Below, one piece after another: positions 1-13,670 of a DNA stretch of 64,000 bases. Position 1 is the first letter of the stretch; each line of letters begins with the position of its first letter. The stretch comes from Eledone cirrhosa. Taxonomy: Eukaryota. A model generated the notes under the pieces. The model did not search any database, was not told where the DNA came from, and saw only the letters and a program-made list of their open reading frames with translations. Both the position numbers and the translations under genes were made by a program. The DNA lies in assembly GCA_964016885.1 (NCBI GenBank), contig OZ024749.1:45446001-45510000 (forward strand), in the 5' to 3' direction.

Positions 1-647
1 TTAGTAGACACTAGAGGTCAAATCATTGAACAAATAATTAATATTTTCAAGCGATATTTAGGCAACTCAGAAATTCACTCACACTGAAACGGAAATTATG
101 CAGTACGAAATGATTCATGTCTACCATATATTTAATGGTTTGCAGACACTGATTCGCCAGATAGATAGACTTTATTATGAATTTTCGTTTCATGTTAACA
201 GTAAATAACTTGTTAGTATCAAGATTTAATCAAATCTTGATCTTCAATATTATTAAGGAGCATGCTGCGATAAACGAACCAAGACATAATTAACGAAACA
301 AGTAGAAGAAATATACGTTAGATAAATTGTTTGTCAAACGGTGAGCATGTGATTAGTTTAGAGTAAAATTTAATAATGTTGACTAGGAACTTTGCAGAAT
401 GAGACTCCAAACTGTGAGTATATATAGAGCACGATGTATTTTTCTGGTCTGTTTGTGTTACAATACATAGAGGGAAACTGAACAATAACTGTTAAAGCAG
501 TTCTTCAATAACAGTTTGACATGTGTACTAAAATAAAGTACGAAGACAGATTTCAGTGTTCAATATCATTGCTGTTCACCTTATTGTAGATGTTTAGCTC
601 AAGGTCAGACTACCAATTAAAAGTGTTCCAGTCATACCCATGTGATG

Positions 648-849
648 TACGTAGCCCGGCTGAAAGGTTTATAGGGTGACCAAGACACTCTTATGAAATG
701 ACGAAACGAGGTTTATTTATCAACATATTGCCCAGCACGAAACAATGCAGTTGTTATTAAGAAGATTTGAAATTAATACCTGCAACGTTTCACAGCTGTA
801 ATATCGCTCCTTCATAGTCAGCATATGACCCTTTCAGCCCACCTTCGTA
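648..849. mobile_element. Degenerate mariner-like MITE
   Basis: Ends tacgtagcccggctgaaaggtttatagggtgac and gtcagcatatgaccctttcagcccaccttcgta are imperfect inverted repeats with TA termini; a homologous copy lies at 31230-31426. Confidence 0.6.
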
Positions 850-985
850 TGTTCACTACCTTAACAGATGTGTTCTTTCTTTTTTTACTTAAAATGATAG
901 AGTGTGATTTAAAGGCGATTGGGTTGGTCGTGGCTTTAGATGTAATTTCCAAAGAGTGATTCAACATTGTTGATATAAAGAATGA

Positions 986-1105
986 TTTCTAATATAGGCA
1001 GAAGGCCAGTAATTTGGGGAAGGGGAAATTCGATAAAACGCCCTCAGTACGTTACTGGTACTTTATTTTATCAACCCCGTAAGGATGAAAACCAAAATTA
1101 ACTTC
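986..1105 (-). mobile_element. 5'-truncated tRNA-SINE (family A, long variant) with 16-bp TSD
   Basis: Reverse complement of the family 3' half (ctttattttatcaaccccgtaaggatgaaa); flanked by ttgatataaagaatga at 970-985 and 1106-1121. Confidence 0.85.
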
Positions 1106-1484
1106 TTGATATAAAGAATGAAAAAAATCAATGTGGTGAATCTGCTTAATTTGTATCGCCTGTTGACATCAATATAACGATCGAGCAAATCTGGAATAGT
1201 TAAGACAATATAAAATTGTTGTCTCGTCTTTCGAAAAGTGGAAGCTTTGCCGATTTCACTGTTCTCATATCTATTAGATATTATGATATTTAAATTAGAG
1301 ACACGTAAATCATTTACTGAACCCGTTCGTTTTTCCATAACATCTAGAATCATGAGGTCATATTTAAGTGTACTGTTAACAACAGTTTCAAATGGATATC
1401 CATACGAAGAAGAGTAGAAATCATTTCATCTGAATTATTAGAATTAGGATAAACAAAATATTGTTTCATTATAGCAAAGTAAGT

Positions 1485-1710
1485 GGGGAGATGGATTGGC
1501 AGTATCGGCGGAGCGTCGGACACCCTGCTTGGCAGCATAGAGTTACGGCCCTTTACGATCTGAGTTCAAATCCCGCCGAGGTTAACTTTGCCATTCATCC
1601 TTACGGGGTCGATAACGATGAAATAAAGCATCAGTAACGTACTGGGGTCGTTTTAATCGACTTTTCTCTCCCCTCAAATTACTGGCCTTGTGCCTATACT
1701 AGAAATAATT
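1485..1710 (+). mobile_element. Full-length tRNA-SINE family A (long variant)
   Basis: A-box-like tggcagtatcgg, B-box gagttcaaatcc, central ctttgccattcatccttacggggtcgata, tail ggccttgtgcctatactagaaa; TSD attatag(c/g)aaagtaagt at 1468-1484 and 1708-1724. Confidence 0.9.
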
Positions 1711-1805
1711 ATAGGAAAGTAAGTAAATATATGCAAATATTTTCAACATTTGCATATATTTACTTACTTTACTATAATGATTTCTAGTATAGGCACAAGG
1801 CTAGT
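1681..1805. repeat. Long inverted repeat (58-bp arms, 9-nt spacer)
   Basis: 1681-1738 is the reverse complement of 1748-1805 with about 3 mismatches. Confidence 0.9.
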
Positions 1806-2128
1806 GAATTATATTCTATTCTAATTAGCTTCGTGATAGAAATAAAATAAAGATATGTGTTCACACATATAAATATATCTACATCAAAATCAAAGCTCTC
1901 CCACCCTAAATACTCAGTGAGATTTCGACGATTTTGTATATTGGTAATTATATATTTGACGTGCGTTTGGTTTAGTTGATTTACTGTGGGAGACAATTGC
2001 ATTTCTTTATATTTTATATTTAAATGTTGATCAATTTCGTTTTCCATCCTTTCAGCTCGTTGTCTTAGTGACTTCATTAGAAACACGAATAAATCCCCAG
2101 AGACACAAACTCTTACCCCCCTCTCTCT

Positions 2129-2245
<117 letters not shown>

Positions 2246-2304
2246 GTATGAGCAAGAGACCAACTTGTTATTTTCTCGGTGAATTTGAACGAATTATGAT
2301 GGTA

Positions 2305-2344
<40 letters not shown>

Positions 2345-3717
2345 TCATTCATACGAATTAATTAGTCTAGACACGTCATAGTTTTTTTTACTGCTGACTG
2401 AATCTAGCGTACCGGCTGAAATGTGAAGGTTGATGTCAAGAAAGCCGCGCTCTGCTGCTTTAATTTAGAGGACACTGATGTCACCAGAACCCGGTTACTT
2501 ATAGCAGTGAATCAACAGTCCACTCCTTAAGACAACACACTTCTATCTGTACGATATATGAGCCAGTTAGGTTTTATTTACTTGTCGCTTTAATTGATAG
2601 AAATAACAGGCAAAATTTTGAAATTACTCTTGACTATCGTTAAAAAATTATCGATTGATGTAATTGATAATTTTGTTTAACGTAAAAAATATCTGATTTT
2701 AGCTGGAATGGATTTTATCCCAGATTTTCTCACTCAATGTTGACAGCGACAAACAACAACAACAATATTAACTTCCAACACATGAACATTGTTCTACGAT
2801 AAAAGTTATGCCTTGTTGATAGTTAAATTTGATTGAAGTAATTTTCGACAAATATTTCAATAAAACGTACGGAATTCAATTTTTATGTCACAAGAGACAT
2901 TAACTCCATAATGATTTTTATTCAGAAGTATCATAAAAAATGAAAGCTTGCATATAGTTTGGTATAGCATTCGGATAAATGGAGGTAAAAAAATATTAAA
3001 ATAATACGAACATTAACAATTAACGCAATTAAACAACCAAAAATTGTGAAGTAAAAATCTGATCGATTACATTAACGCCAGTAATTGATTTCTTCCTAAT
3101 TCCTAATGATATATATTACTTATAGGATTCAATGTCCACCCCGATTAAATTTAAACATAGCGATAAGGTCAACAATAGTATATATGGCAAACGTATACTA
3201 ATTGGTGAAATGTGTACTACAATATGACAAAAATTAAGGAAAACGAGTAGAAAATGAATGATATAGATTGATTCAACCTTTGCACACAATTTGAAATAAG
3301 GTACTACCGAAAAAAAGAATCCTACGCTTAGCACGCCCAGATCTATGCTACAGCGCTCATATTCCAATGAGCACTTATGAATCTCTCAATGATATACACT
3401 ACAAGTACAGGACAATGGTTATATACTAACTAGGGCAAACAATTTAATTTCTTCACCAGCAAGTTTAGTGTCGAGTTATGTAAGCTTCAAGACGTATGAG
3501 TAATAATTAAAGTTAGCGAAGTAATTAAACCAGCAGAGAAAATAATGCCCACTGGATTTTCTCGTTAACATCATTTAAAAGCAACTCACTACATTTCCAA
3601 ACACAATTAAACCCACATAGACGAAATAGTGTCTGTGCTCGTCAGTATTGTTCCAAAAGCGAATATAGACGAAATGGAATAACATGGAACTTAGAAAGAA
3701 ATAGCACGAATAATAAT

Positions 3718-3906
3718 TGTTTCTACTTTAGGCACAAGGCCAGCAATTAACCAGTGCATTACTGGTACTTTATTTTATCGACCCCGTAAGAATGAAAGGC
3801 AAAGTCAACCTCGGCGGGATTTGAACTCAGATTGTAAAGGGACGTAACTATGTTGGAAAGCATGGCGTCCGACCCTCTACCGATACTGCCAATCCACCGC
3901 CCGCCC
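3718..3906 (-). mobile_element. Full-length tRNA-SINE family A
   Basis: Complete reverse-complement copy; TSD tagcacgaataataat at 3702-3717 and 3907-3922. Confidence 0.92.
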
Positions 3907-4136
3907 TAGCACGAATAATAATGACAATAACACTGTATTCTGTAACAGTCACATTAACAAGGACAAGAATTTAGCATGATAGCAACAAGAGCAGAGATAA
4001 TATCATGATGAAGGTTAAGAGGAACATCAACGAGGCTACACACTCAGCTGTGAATCAAACGACTTTTACGGCAAAAATGAAAATCACCAGCAACACAATT
4101 TTCTCATGTATTATATATTGTGAACGGTTTGCAGAA

Positions 4137-4275
4137 AGAGTTACGCCCCTTTACGATCTGAGTTCAAATCCCGCCGAGGTTGACTTCACCTTTCATCCTT
4201 ACGGGATCGATAAAATAAAGTACCTGTAATGCACTGGGAAATTTGCTGGTATTTTGCCCAAAAGAAAAACAATTA
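4137..4275 (+). mobile_element. 5'-truncated tRNA-SINE family A
   Basis: gagttcaaatcccgccgagg...ttcatccttacgggatcgataaaataaagtacc. Confidence 0.88.
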
Positions 4276-4661
4276 TCATTATAGCGAAGCATACATTTGT
4301 AATTTCATATTTTCCTTCAAATTCTTGCGTCAAATGTACATTTCTAACACCAAGCTTAACATCTTATATAAACCTAGCTTTATAAAACACCAGCTCTTTA
4401 GCCTAGTAAGTATATGTATCCCTCTATCTTAGCATCAGCGAGATGTGGTGTTCGATACTTATTAGACGTCTTTAATACCGACTCTGTGACAATTTACTTC
4501 ATTTTCTCAACTATTGTTTATAGTGTTCGACATTTATGGTCTTTTCAGCAGCAGGACCAACACATTTCGTTTATAGCTACCTATCTCTATATACATATAT
4601 AGACATACATATACACATTCTTACATATATGCACGCACACACAAACACACACATATATATG

Positions 4662-4703
<42 letters not shown>

Positions 4704-5194
4704 CGTATATATATATATATATATAATATATATATATAATATATATATGTATATATATATTTATATATATATATATTTATTATATAAATATATATCACCT
4801 AATGTACACAAAGGAAATAAACGACAGGTAGACATATTGTTCGCCGACAGGAACGGTACACATTGCATACCACCTTGGCATATAAAATTACTTTTGAAAC
4901 TAAAGCGAAACTAAACAAGTGATCGTATGTAGTTTCCCCTTGATAACATCTTTTAAAATACGATATACTCCGAAATTACACTCTAAATGAAATATCAACA
5001 CTAAAATGGGGTCTAGTACTTGTTCTTCTCTCTGTGTCATCTCTCAAACAAAACAAATCTCCTGTTTACTTATTCTACTGTGGTTTGACATTTAGTCACA
5101 TTCTTGACGAATTCTCTTGCAAAAACATGTATCTGGTATTTCTTTTTCTAGGTTTAACTATGGTTATATGTGTATGCATACATGCGTAAGTGTG

Positions 5195-5332
<138 letters not shown>

Positions 5333-5466
5333 TAAAAACACTCACATATAAAACTATATATGTTTGCTCAGTGATTTATACTCGGCCTCCGAGAATTTTA
5401 TATAAATGTTTACCCTGGTAGTTTAAATACGAGTGTGTAAATATGCATACACCTGAAGATATACAT

Positions 5467-5503
<37 letters not shown>

Positions 5504-5530
5504 CATATACATACATACATGTACATCTAG

Positions 5531-5575
<45 letters not shown>

Positions 5576-6337
5576 TATGTGTGTGTGTGAGTACGTTTGT
5601 ATTTGTTTGTGATTATAAGGAATCACCGCACTACAGGTTGCTGACACGTTTCACACCAATACTCCAGGTATAAATGTGAAGACCAGGTCATAAATGTCAT
5701 CCCCGTCTATTCTATTTCTTGTTCTTGTGGCGTAACTGTATTGGATAGTTGGGTATCTCCACCACACCTAGCTTTGCAATTTTAATTCTTAACACTGTTT
5801 TGTCAGATCGATTTACTTGAAGACAATACAGAGTATTTTCGGAATCACTCAGTTTGATTTACAGAATTGTTGAAACTGTCCTTGTTCCCCATACCAGTGT
5901 ATCATATTCTCTATTCTATACTTATTTTAATATGTTGTTGTTATATTTTATTAGCACTTGAGCTGAGATGACCGAGAACTTCTATCATGACATTTCAACC
6001 TTGCGAATTGTTATTTTTTGTATATCTATGACAATTTTATCCTTGTCATGTTTTGTTTTTAGACAATATGGTGGGATTTCAGGGTCGTTTGGGTACTATT
6101 ACTATTTCGTTAGCCCATGGCGTAGAGGTCCGTCCGTTGTCTCTTGAATTAGGATATTAAAATACATTTGAGCTTTAAATGTTATAGTTAGTTTCTGTGC
6201 AGCTTGAATTTATATGTGCTGATACGTCTAGGAACCCATTGGGTAGAATGAATTATAAAGTTTTACCAACAGCTACTTAAACTGAGCTCAATACTTTAAA
6301 TTTCTTTTTCACAGACAATTTTATAGAGGCACTAAAT

Positions 6338-6522
6338 AATTGTTTCTACTTTTGGCACAAGGCCAGCAATTACCCAGTGCATTACTGGTACTTTATTTTA
6401 TCGACCCCGTAAGGATGAAAGGCAAAGTTAACATCGACAGGATTTGAACTCAGAATGGCAAGGGCCGTAACTCTATACGTCAAAGCATGGCGTCCGACCC
6501 ACTACCGATACTCCCAATCCAC
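6338..6522 (-). mobile_element. tRNA-SINE family A
   Basis: Near full-length reverse-complement match to the other copies. Confidence 0.9.
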
Positions 6523-6792
6523 ATTTCTTTCTGGCTGCATTCTCAGAATTCGATTACTCACATTGCTTCCTACTCGTTTCTATTGTGGGTATAACCAAAG
6601 ATTGAATAAATAACCGTCCAAACAAATATAAGCGGAGTCGATCTCCTTCTAATAAAATGTAAGTCATAAGCATCGTTTTTCATTACTATTATAATATACA
6701 ATAAATTTATAGACGTTTTGCAGTGGCTCAGGATATATATTTTGTCAAGTAGTATTAGCAAAATCGACCATAATATATTTCTAGTATAACTT

Positions 6793-6978
6793 GGCGGTAG
6801 ATTGGCCGTATCACAAGATGGTCGGACGCCATGCTTTGACGCATAGAGTCACGGTCTTTTCCATTCTGAGTTCTATCCCGCCAAGGTTAACTTTGGCTTT
6901 CATTCTTACAGGTCTATAAAATAAAGTACCAGTAATGCACTGGGTATTTGCTAGCCTTGTGCTAAAATTAGAAACATT
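6793..6978 (+). mobile_element. tRNA-SINE family A
   Basis: ggcggtagattggccgtatc...ctgagttctatcccgcc...aaaataaagtaccagtaatgcactggg. Confidence 0.9.
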
Positions 6979-7217
6979 TATTTTGCGGTATTCCATAAGA
7001 AGGTCTATGAATGAAGAAGAAAATAAACAATACCAGATCTGATTCCACTGAAGTCACCCACATGCAATAAAAAAACTGGAAGTCATATTTTGTTCCATTT
7101 TAATTCAAAACGTCTTGTGTCCGGTATTTTCTATGATACTTCTGCATCTCTATGAAATATATGTATGAATTGTTGAGAAATAGTGACGAATCCCTGATAA
7201 AGTCATCGTCTTATAAC

Positions 7218-7401
7218 TGTTTCTACATTTGGCACAAGGCCAGCAGTTATTCAGTGCATTACTGATACTTTATTTTATCGACCCCCGTAAGGATGAAAGG
7301 CAAAGTTAACCTCGGCGGGATTTGAACTCAGACTACAAAGGCCCGTAACTCTAAGCTGCAAAGAATGGCGTCTGACCCTCTACCGACACTGCCAATCCAC
7401 C
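7218..7401 (-). mobile_element. tRNA-SINE family A
   Basis: Reverse-complement copy; TSD tcttataac at 7209-7217 and 7402-7410. Confidence 0.9.
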
Positions 7402-8484
7402 TCTTATAACGATGATATGTATGGTTTTCATTCATTTTATACATGTGGCTCTTCTATGAAATGATTAAAATGGAATATGGAAGAAGGGATTATGCAGCCG
7501 GGTGGAATACCGCGTTTAAATACCACTCCCATTTAAAGGATAACCTAAATTTATTTGCTGAAAATTCAACCAAAATATACTGTAGAGTTCCATCGTCATT
7601 ACCAAGCAATTTAGCTGTGACATTGAGTATGTTTTTTGATTGGAAAATTCCCAAAATATATGAATACATTATGACAAACAGTGTAAGCATATAATTTAGA
7701 AATACATAGCGGGGAATTAATACAGGTACTGGGCAATTCTGAATTGTATTGATGTTTAGATATAGACGAAATTGTGTGTGTGAAATCATTGCCAACACGA
7801 ATGAGCATTTCATATTTTCACATAGTAATTTGATTATCCTCTCAGCAACCAACAAAATTCTCCCAATAAATTGGATTAGAGTTTGAACAACTGAAAGCTA
7901 AACCTAAATTTCCCTTTCTTTCTCCATTACTACCTCTTCCCTGTCTCTTTTATCTCACCCTCTTTGTTTCTCTTCTAGATCTTACATGCTCATTTAGTCT
8001 CTCTTTATCTCCCTCTTTGCTTCTATTTCCTCTTTTCCTCTATTTTCTCTATTCCTCACACCTTCTTTCGCACCACATTTCATTTTCTCTCACTTCGTAA
8101 TCACAGCGTTAACTTTAGTGGCTTCCATGAAGAACTACTTTCTTAACTAACATACGATCTACAACGTTATCTGTTAATAAGATAGTTATGTATGCTCACG
8201 AAGAATCTTATGTGTTGTTGCTTGACCTTTACGAAATAGCAGTAAAAATCCTTGAAATGAAGCCCTACTGTATTATTAAATGAGTAACACATTGAGGAAT
8301 GTCCTTCTATATTCACTATGCTTAAAATCAAACGACTATTTAATAGCACCTGGAAGGCCTTTGAGAATGGAAATTTTCAACTATGATTGATTTTTTTCAA
8401 AACAACTGTAATGACTCGATGTGAAATTCGAAAGAAACAACAGCAAAAGCCATTTTCTTAACCTACGTAAATATAATCATACAG

Positions 8485-8610
8485 GTTTCAAATTTTGGCA
8501 TAATGTCAGCGATTTATGATCAACAGAAAGATCGATATCAAACCCAGTATATGTCTAGTACTATATTTATCGACGCAGGAAGTATATAAACTCAGATTGT
8601 AGCGTGCTGG
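8485..8610 (-). mobile_element. Old degenerate SINE family A fragment
   Basis: ttttggcataatgtcagc...tagtactatatttatcgacgcagga...aactcagattgta; weak match to family A. Confidence 0.5.
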
Positions 8611-9429
8611 AACAACTAACAAAAACCATGAATTCATAAATTAAAAGATTCTGGCAATTAACATAATCATATAGATTTATCAACTTCCCTCTATTTCTAT
8701 ATTTTAAAATGCAGATATATAAAATTGTGTATTGTGATCTTTCTAGACAAATGAAACCTCAATATCTACCTATATTCAAGATATAAAAGGAAATATAACA
8801 TAGAAATTTATGTATAGATGCCTATCCGTCATATGCATGTTAAAGCAACAAAATACAAAACATGAACCTAATTTAGTAAGTATATACACAATATAAAAGG
8901 ATTCTTATTTCCATAAATATTTCGGAGCAGTATTAATTCATAAAAAAAAAGACATAATTGAACTTATATTAAGATATATAAAATTCTTTCTTTAGATCAA
9001 TATTTTTGAAGGAATACGATATTTTTTTTAAATGAGGAGAATCTATTTTTAAGATACGAAAATCAAATTAGCTTTGAAACTATTTGGAGAGAATCATACA
9101 ATTAATCAACCTCTAATACCTTGAAAAGCAACTTAGTAAGATCATGCACAGAAAAAATGAATGACAAAACTCTAAGTTGCATTAGCTTTCATCGATACAA
9201 GCAGGAAATATTAGAATTATTACTATTGTTGTCAAACACAAAGATAGTAGGATAATGTCATTAGTAATATTGATTTGATTTGTTTCATTTTCTATCAGAG
9301 TTATGAATCAGTGTGTTGTTTCTTTTTATATTTCCTATTTTTCTCCGGTTTACAAATTAACGTACAAATCTGTGCAAAATTCGTATAACGGTATTCGGAA
9401 GGGTTTCATAAAGACAGAAACCCATATCC

Positions 9430-9488
<59 letters not shown>

Positions 9489-9831
9489 GTATAATAAACA
9501 ATACTTATACGGTTTCCCGAATAAGACGAATACGAAAAACGTCCTCATTCGTTCATCGGACAAGGCAATTTAAAACATAGTGAGATATTTGAAAAATCTC
9601 CTCAAGAAAGGCAAGAGTTTAACGGGCAAAAAAAATAAAACAAGAGATATATAAAAATAAGGAAATATAGTTAGGGTATGTGTATAAATGTGTATATATT
9701 CACTCACAAATGTACATATGTGTGTATGTACAAATGCATGTGTATAGTGAAAATGTGTGTGCGCGTAAGTACGTATATGAGGGCAACCATAATAGTGTAT
9801 GTGTGACCAATATTCAACGCAAACTTCGATA

Positions 9832-9870
<39 letters not shown>

Positions 9871-9873
<3 letters not shown>

Positions 9874-10015
9874 GGAAAGAGTCAGGACCCCGACGGCCGA
9901 GCCCAGGCCTACTCGACAGCCAAATCTGAACTTTCCTATTACCCACTCTACTACCCTGAGTATCGAGTACTCTGGTGCATTATGGTCCACCTGGTTTCTT
10001 ACCACACTTTCTTTG

Positions 10016-10018
<3 letters not shown>
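9871..10018 (+). mobile_element. Short (TA)n-embedded interspersed element, family P1
   Basis: ataggaaagagtcaggaccccgacggc...ttcctattacccactctactaccctgagtatcgagtactctggtgc; homologues at 48560, 55535 and 60243 (reverse). Strand is arbitrary. Confidence 0.8.
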
Positions 10019-10069
<51 letters not shown>

Positions 10070-10074
10070 AGAGG

Positions 10075-10316
10075 TTATATTTAATTTGTTGGGATTCAAC
10101 AAGCTTAAAAATTGTTTATAACTGATATAAAGCACTCAACAAGTTAGGGGAGACCATTAAGGTTGTCTTTTTTCTGGGTATGTCAATATTTATTTGTAAA
10201 ACAAATCTGTACTTTATCTGATGAAAGCGCACCATAATTTGCCTTGGTTGCCCTTGAAATATGTCTAATAAACTAAATATCGTTTTATAAATATAGTTTC
10301 CATTTATTAATATCTT
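10075..10316 (+). mobile_element. Short element family P2 with degenerate hammerhead motif
   Basis: Same 5' (ttgttggg..caac..tttataactgatat..aagcactcaacaagt) and 3' (ttttataaatatagt.tccattta) ends as 54866-55239; CTGATGA 10218-10224, hairpin, GAAA 10256-10259, GTC 10263-10265. Confidence 0.7.
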
Positions 10317-10323
10317 GTATGTA

Positions 10324-10488
<165 letters not shown>

Positions 10489-10619
10489 ATAAATGCTCTG
10501 AAATAGCGATATATATGTGAATATAGACATAGAATATTCGAAAATATTCTGTATGTTTATAATAAACATTTTGAAGACCTAATCGCTATAGAATAGAATA
10601 CGTCACGTATTACAATTAT

Positions 10620-10708
10620 ATTCTCGATAAAAGCAAGGGAAGTAATCTACGCGTTTCATTCTTGTTAGAAATCATCAGGACTACATATCCAGTGCTTTTA
10701 TCGAGAAT
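10620..10708 (-). ncRNA. Type I (minimal/dimeric) hammerhead ribozyme motif
   Basis: Minus strand reads GUAGUC-CUGAUGA-UUUCU AACA AGAAU-GAAAC GC GUA^GAUUAC: 6-bp stem I, 4-bp stem II, palindromic stem III. Stem I is extended by a perfect 16-bp helix (10620-10635 with 10693-10708). Confidence 0.8.
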
Positions 10709-10785
10709 GACACAGCTAGAGACTTATAGAATACTTAGCTGTGTACAGGAACTGGTTTGAAAGAGCGGTTGCCGGTCCGGCAGAA

Positions 10786-10822
<37 letters not shown>

Positions 10823-11307
10823 TTACTGAGATATCGCTTAATGTAATCCAAATAGAATTCATGATTACTCAGTATCGAGGATAGTTTTAACATTCGGCGT
10901 TGTTTGACTCAACAAGAAGTTTCCTTAGTTGGGTGGCCAACCTGTTCTACACATTAGTATTCAAACTAACTTATATGGAATGTATTGCCCTGAAGAAGAG
11001 CCTCACCCTTTCACATCTTACGTTGTAATATTCGTAAAGTTTATTTTTTCTCATCCATATGACAATATGGATTATTTTACTGGCTTTCAACGAAGAGGTT
11101 ACTACAACAGCAGTAGATTCAATACTAACGTGGTGGAAGAGCAGTTTCCCTCCAAATCTTTTGTCGTTTAAATAAATACACGTGAAGATGTTTCAGGAAG
11201 ATCTGAACTTACTGGGTGAGTGAGGTACAGACACATCACCGAAGACAACACAAATCGGTAACGACAAGAAGAAGATGGAGGACGGCTAAGAATAATAATA
11301 ATAAGAT

Positions 11308-11501
11308 GGATGATGTGGATGATGGTGATGATGATGATGATGAGGAGGAGGAGGAGGATGAAGGGGAGTAGGAGGAGGAGGTTGGTGGTGGAGTTGATGA
11401 TGATGATGATGATGATGATGGTGGTGAAGAAGAAGAAGAAGAAGAAGAAGAAGAAGAAGAAGAAGAAGAAGAAGAAGAAGAAGAAGAAGAAGAAGAAGAA
11501 G

Positions 11502-11545
<44 letters not shown>
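11308..11545. repeat. Compound trinucleotide microsatellite (GAT/GAG/GAA/CAA)
   Basis: Direct reading. Confidence 0.95.
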
Positions 11546-11833
11546 GACAGAGGAGGAAGAGAAAGCGAGGAGAAGACAAATAACATCATCAACTCAGACA
11601 GCGACAAGGAATAAAAAAACAACTATGAGAAGAAAAACCTGGTTGATATGTCCAAGACAGCAATTCTAATAAAATCAAGCTCCGGTATTAATTTCCCACC
11701 GGCCTCTTCAGTCATTCATATTTTAGAAGATTCTTAATGAATGTATCGTAACCAATACACACTCTACACACTTCATATAAATTGAAGTAATAAACATATG
11801 CACACACATACATACACACACACAGACGCACAC

Positions 11834-11870
<37 letters not shown>

Positions 11871-11898
11871 TATATTTATTAAAATAACAGGTTACAGT

Positions 11899-11939
<41 letters not shown>

Positions 11940-11945
11940 CACACG

Positions 11946-12023
<78 letters not shown>

Positions 12024-12880
12024 TATATATACTTATAGTTATTGTTACACATGGACTGATATATATATAGAGAGAGAGAGAGAGAAACAGCCGTGTGTGA
12101 GTGTGTGTGGTGTCACATATTGCAACAGAGATAAAATTAATTATATATGAGATTGTAAATGTTCATATACCTGTGATTGTGTGTGTTATCTGCATGTGTG
12201 TTGCCATGTAGTCAATGTATTTGAATATTTGTTCATAACAATTTTCACTTGCTTACTGCAACGAAATCACATTTTTCATAAATGTGAAAATATAAAAACG
12301 GAAAAAGCCGAATTCTTCTACGTTCCTAATTTTCACACAATCACATAGAAGCATCTTCTCCCATGCAGACAATTATACAAATATTGCATGTACCAAAAAC
12401 AATGAGGCCCGAATGTTTATTGTTATACCTGCCTAAAACATACTTTCCCCTAAACACATCAACATCATCTACACCCGTTATGTCAACGTTGAAAATATTG
12501 TGACTAACACTGAAGAAATGGCAGATGCTATTGAATAAGTTCCGTGAAAGTATGCAAACTAGTCATTTAAAACCCATGGCTTGGTTGCTGCTGGCTTCCC
12601 GTCTCAGCCTTAGCCGGAGGGCCGGAACCGAGTGGACGGCAAAAGGCTAGACGACATCAATTTCTTCCTTAGTAGTAAACCCCTAATTTCGGATGCCACA
12701 TATGGGAAAATCTTTATTTGACATGTTTTAATGTCTATAAACAAAACATATTTAAATTTTAAAACATTCTCATATATACTGGTATAGAAATATCATATAC
12801 GGAGATTGCTATATATATATATATATATATATATGTTGCCAAATATATCTGAATTAACTACTAACATGAGCGCTCATAAA

Positions 12881-12959
12881 ACATTATATAATAACTATTA
12901 TAACTGATGGAGTACTGATGGAGTACATTATATAATTACTATTATAACTGATGGAGTAC
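12881..12959. repeat. Local tandem duplication
   Basis: acattatatataa..actattataactgatggagtac occurs twice, with an extra tgatggagtac unit. Confidence 0.8.
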
Positions 12960-13187
12960 AAACACCTATCACATACTATTTCTTTTGGTTGTTTGGATAA
13001 TATAAAAGGATTCTCGTGACCGACCAACTGTGCTTGAAAACCAGTTAAACGAATTTATTTGGCGTGTTTACATATCTAGAAAGGAAAGATGTGTTCATGT
13101 TATGCACATTTGCGCAGTCTCGGTTACTCAGCATATATACAGATTGAACTATATTATATATAATTGAACTATACTATATATTTATAA

Positions 13188-13376
13188 GGGCGGTGGATTG
13201 GTGGTATCGGTAGAGAGTCGGACGCCATGCTTTCCAGCATAGTTACGTCCCTTTACGGTCTGAGTTCAAATCCCGCCGAGGTTAACTTTGCCTTTCATCC
13301 TTACGGGATCGATAAAATAAAGTACCAGCAATGTACTGGGTAATTGCTGGCCTTGTGCCAAAAAGTAGAAACAATT
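13188..13376 (+). mobile_element. Full-length tRNA-SINE family A
   Basis: gggcggtggattggtggtatcgg...gagttcaaatcccgccgagg...gtagaaacaatt. Confidence 0.93.
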
Positions 13377-13458
13377 ATATATATATATATATATATGTAT
13401 ATACATATATATGTATATATATACATGTATATATACATATATATATATATAAAAGGAT

Positions 13459-13670
13459 CGATCGACTTTCGTCAAATCGGACCGAGGAAACAATGTTTCC
13501 GTTGGTCTTTCCAGTTGCTAGTACTATCTATCGGTCGCAACTCCAGGTAGAAGGAGCAACGTGAAATAAAGTGTCTTGCCCAAGGACATAACGCATCGCC
13601 CGGTCCAGGAATCGAACTCACAACCTCAACATTGCGAATCCAATTCTCTAACCACTCAGCTACACGCCTT
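13459..13670 (-). mobile_element. tRNA-derived CORE-type SINE (family B)
   Basis: Minus strand: ggcgtgtagctgagtggtta (A box), gagttcgattcc (B box), tgtccttgggcaagacacttta (CORE-like); near-identical copy at 55306-55517. Confidence 0.88.

Noticed and set aside
1485-1580. tRNA gene calls for the SINE heads (also 13590-13670 and others)
   Set aside because: A and B boxes are present but there is no full cloverleaf, and each continues into a SINE body with TSDs.
1784-2110. Non-repetitive part of the 159-aa minus ORF (MKSLRQRAERMENEIDQHL...)
   Set aside because: No recognisable homology or clear splice signals; cannot be supported as an exon.
11168-11669. Poly-K/N/M/F/C ORFs
   Set aside because: Compound trinucleotide microsatellite.
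11678-11716. Minus-strand CUGAAGA followed by a CCGGU/ACCGG hairpin; similar partial motifs at about 17030-17090 (minus), 22084 and 30217
   Set aside because: GAAA box or stems I/III are missing or unpaired; at most dead relics, so not called as ribozymes.
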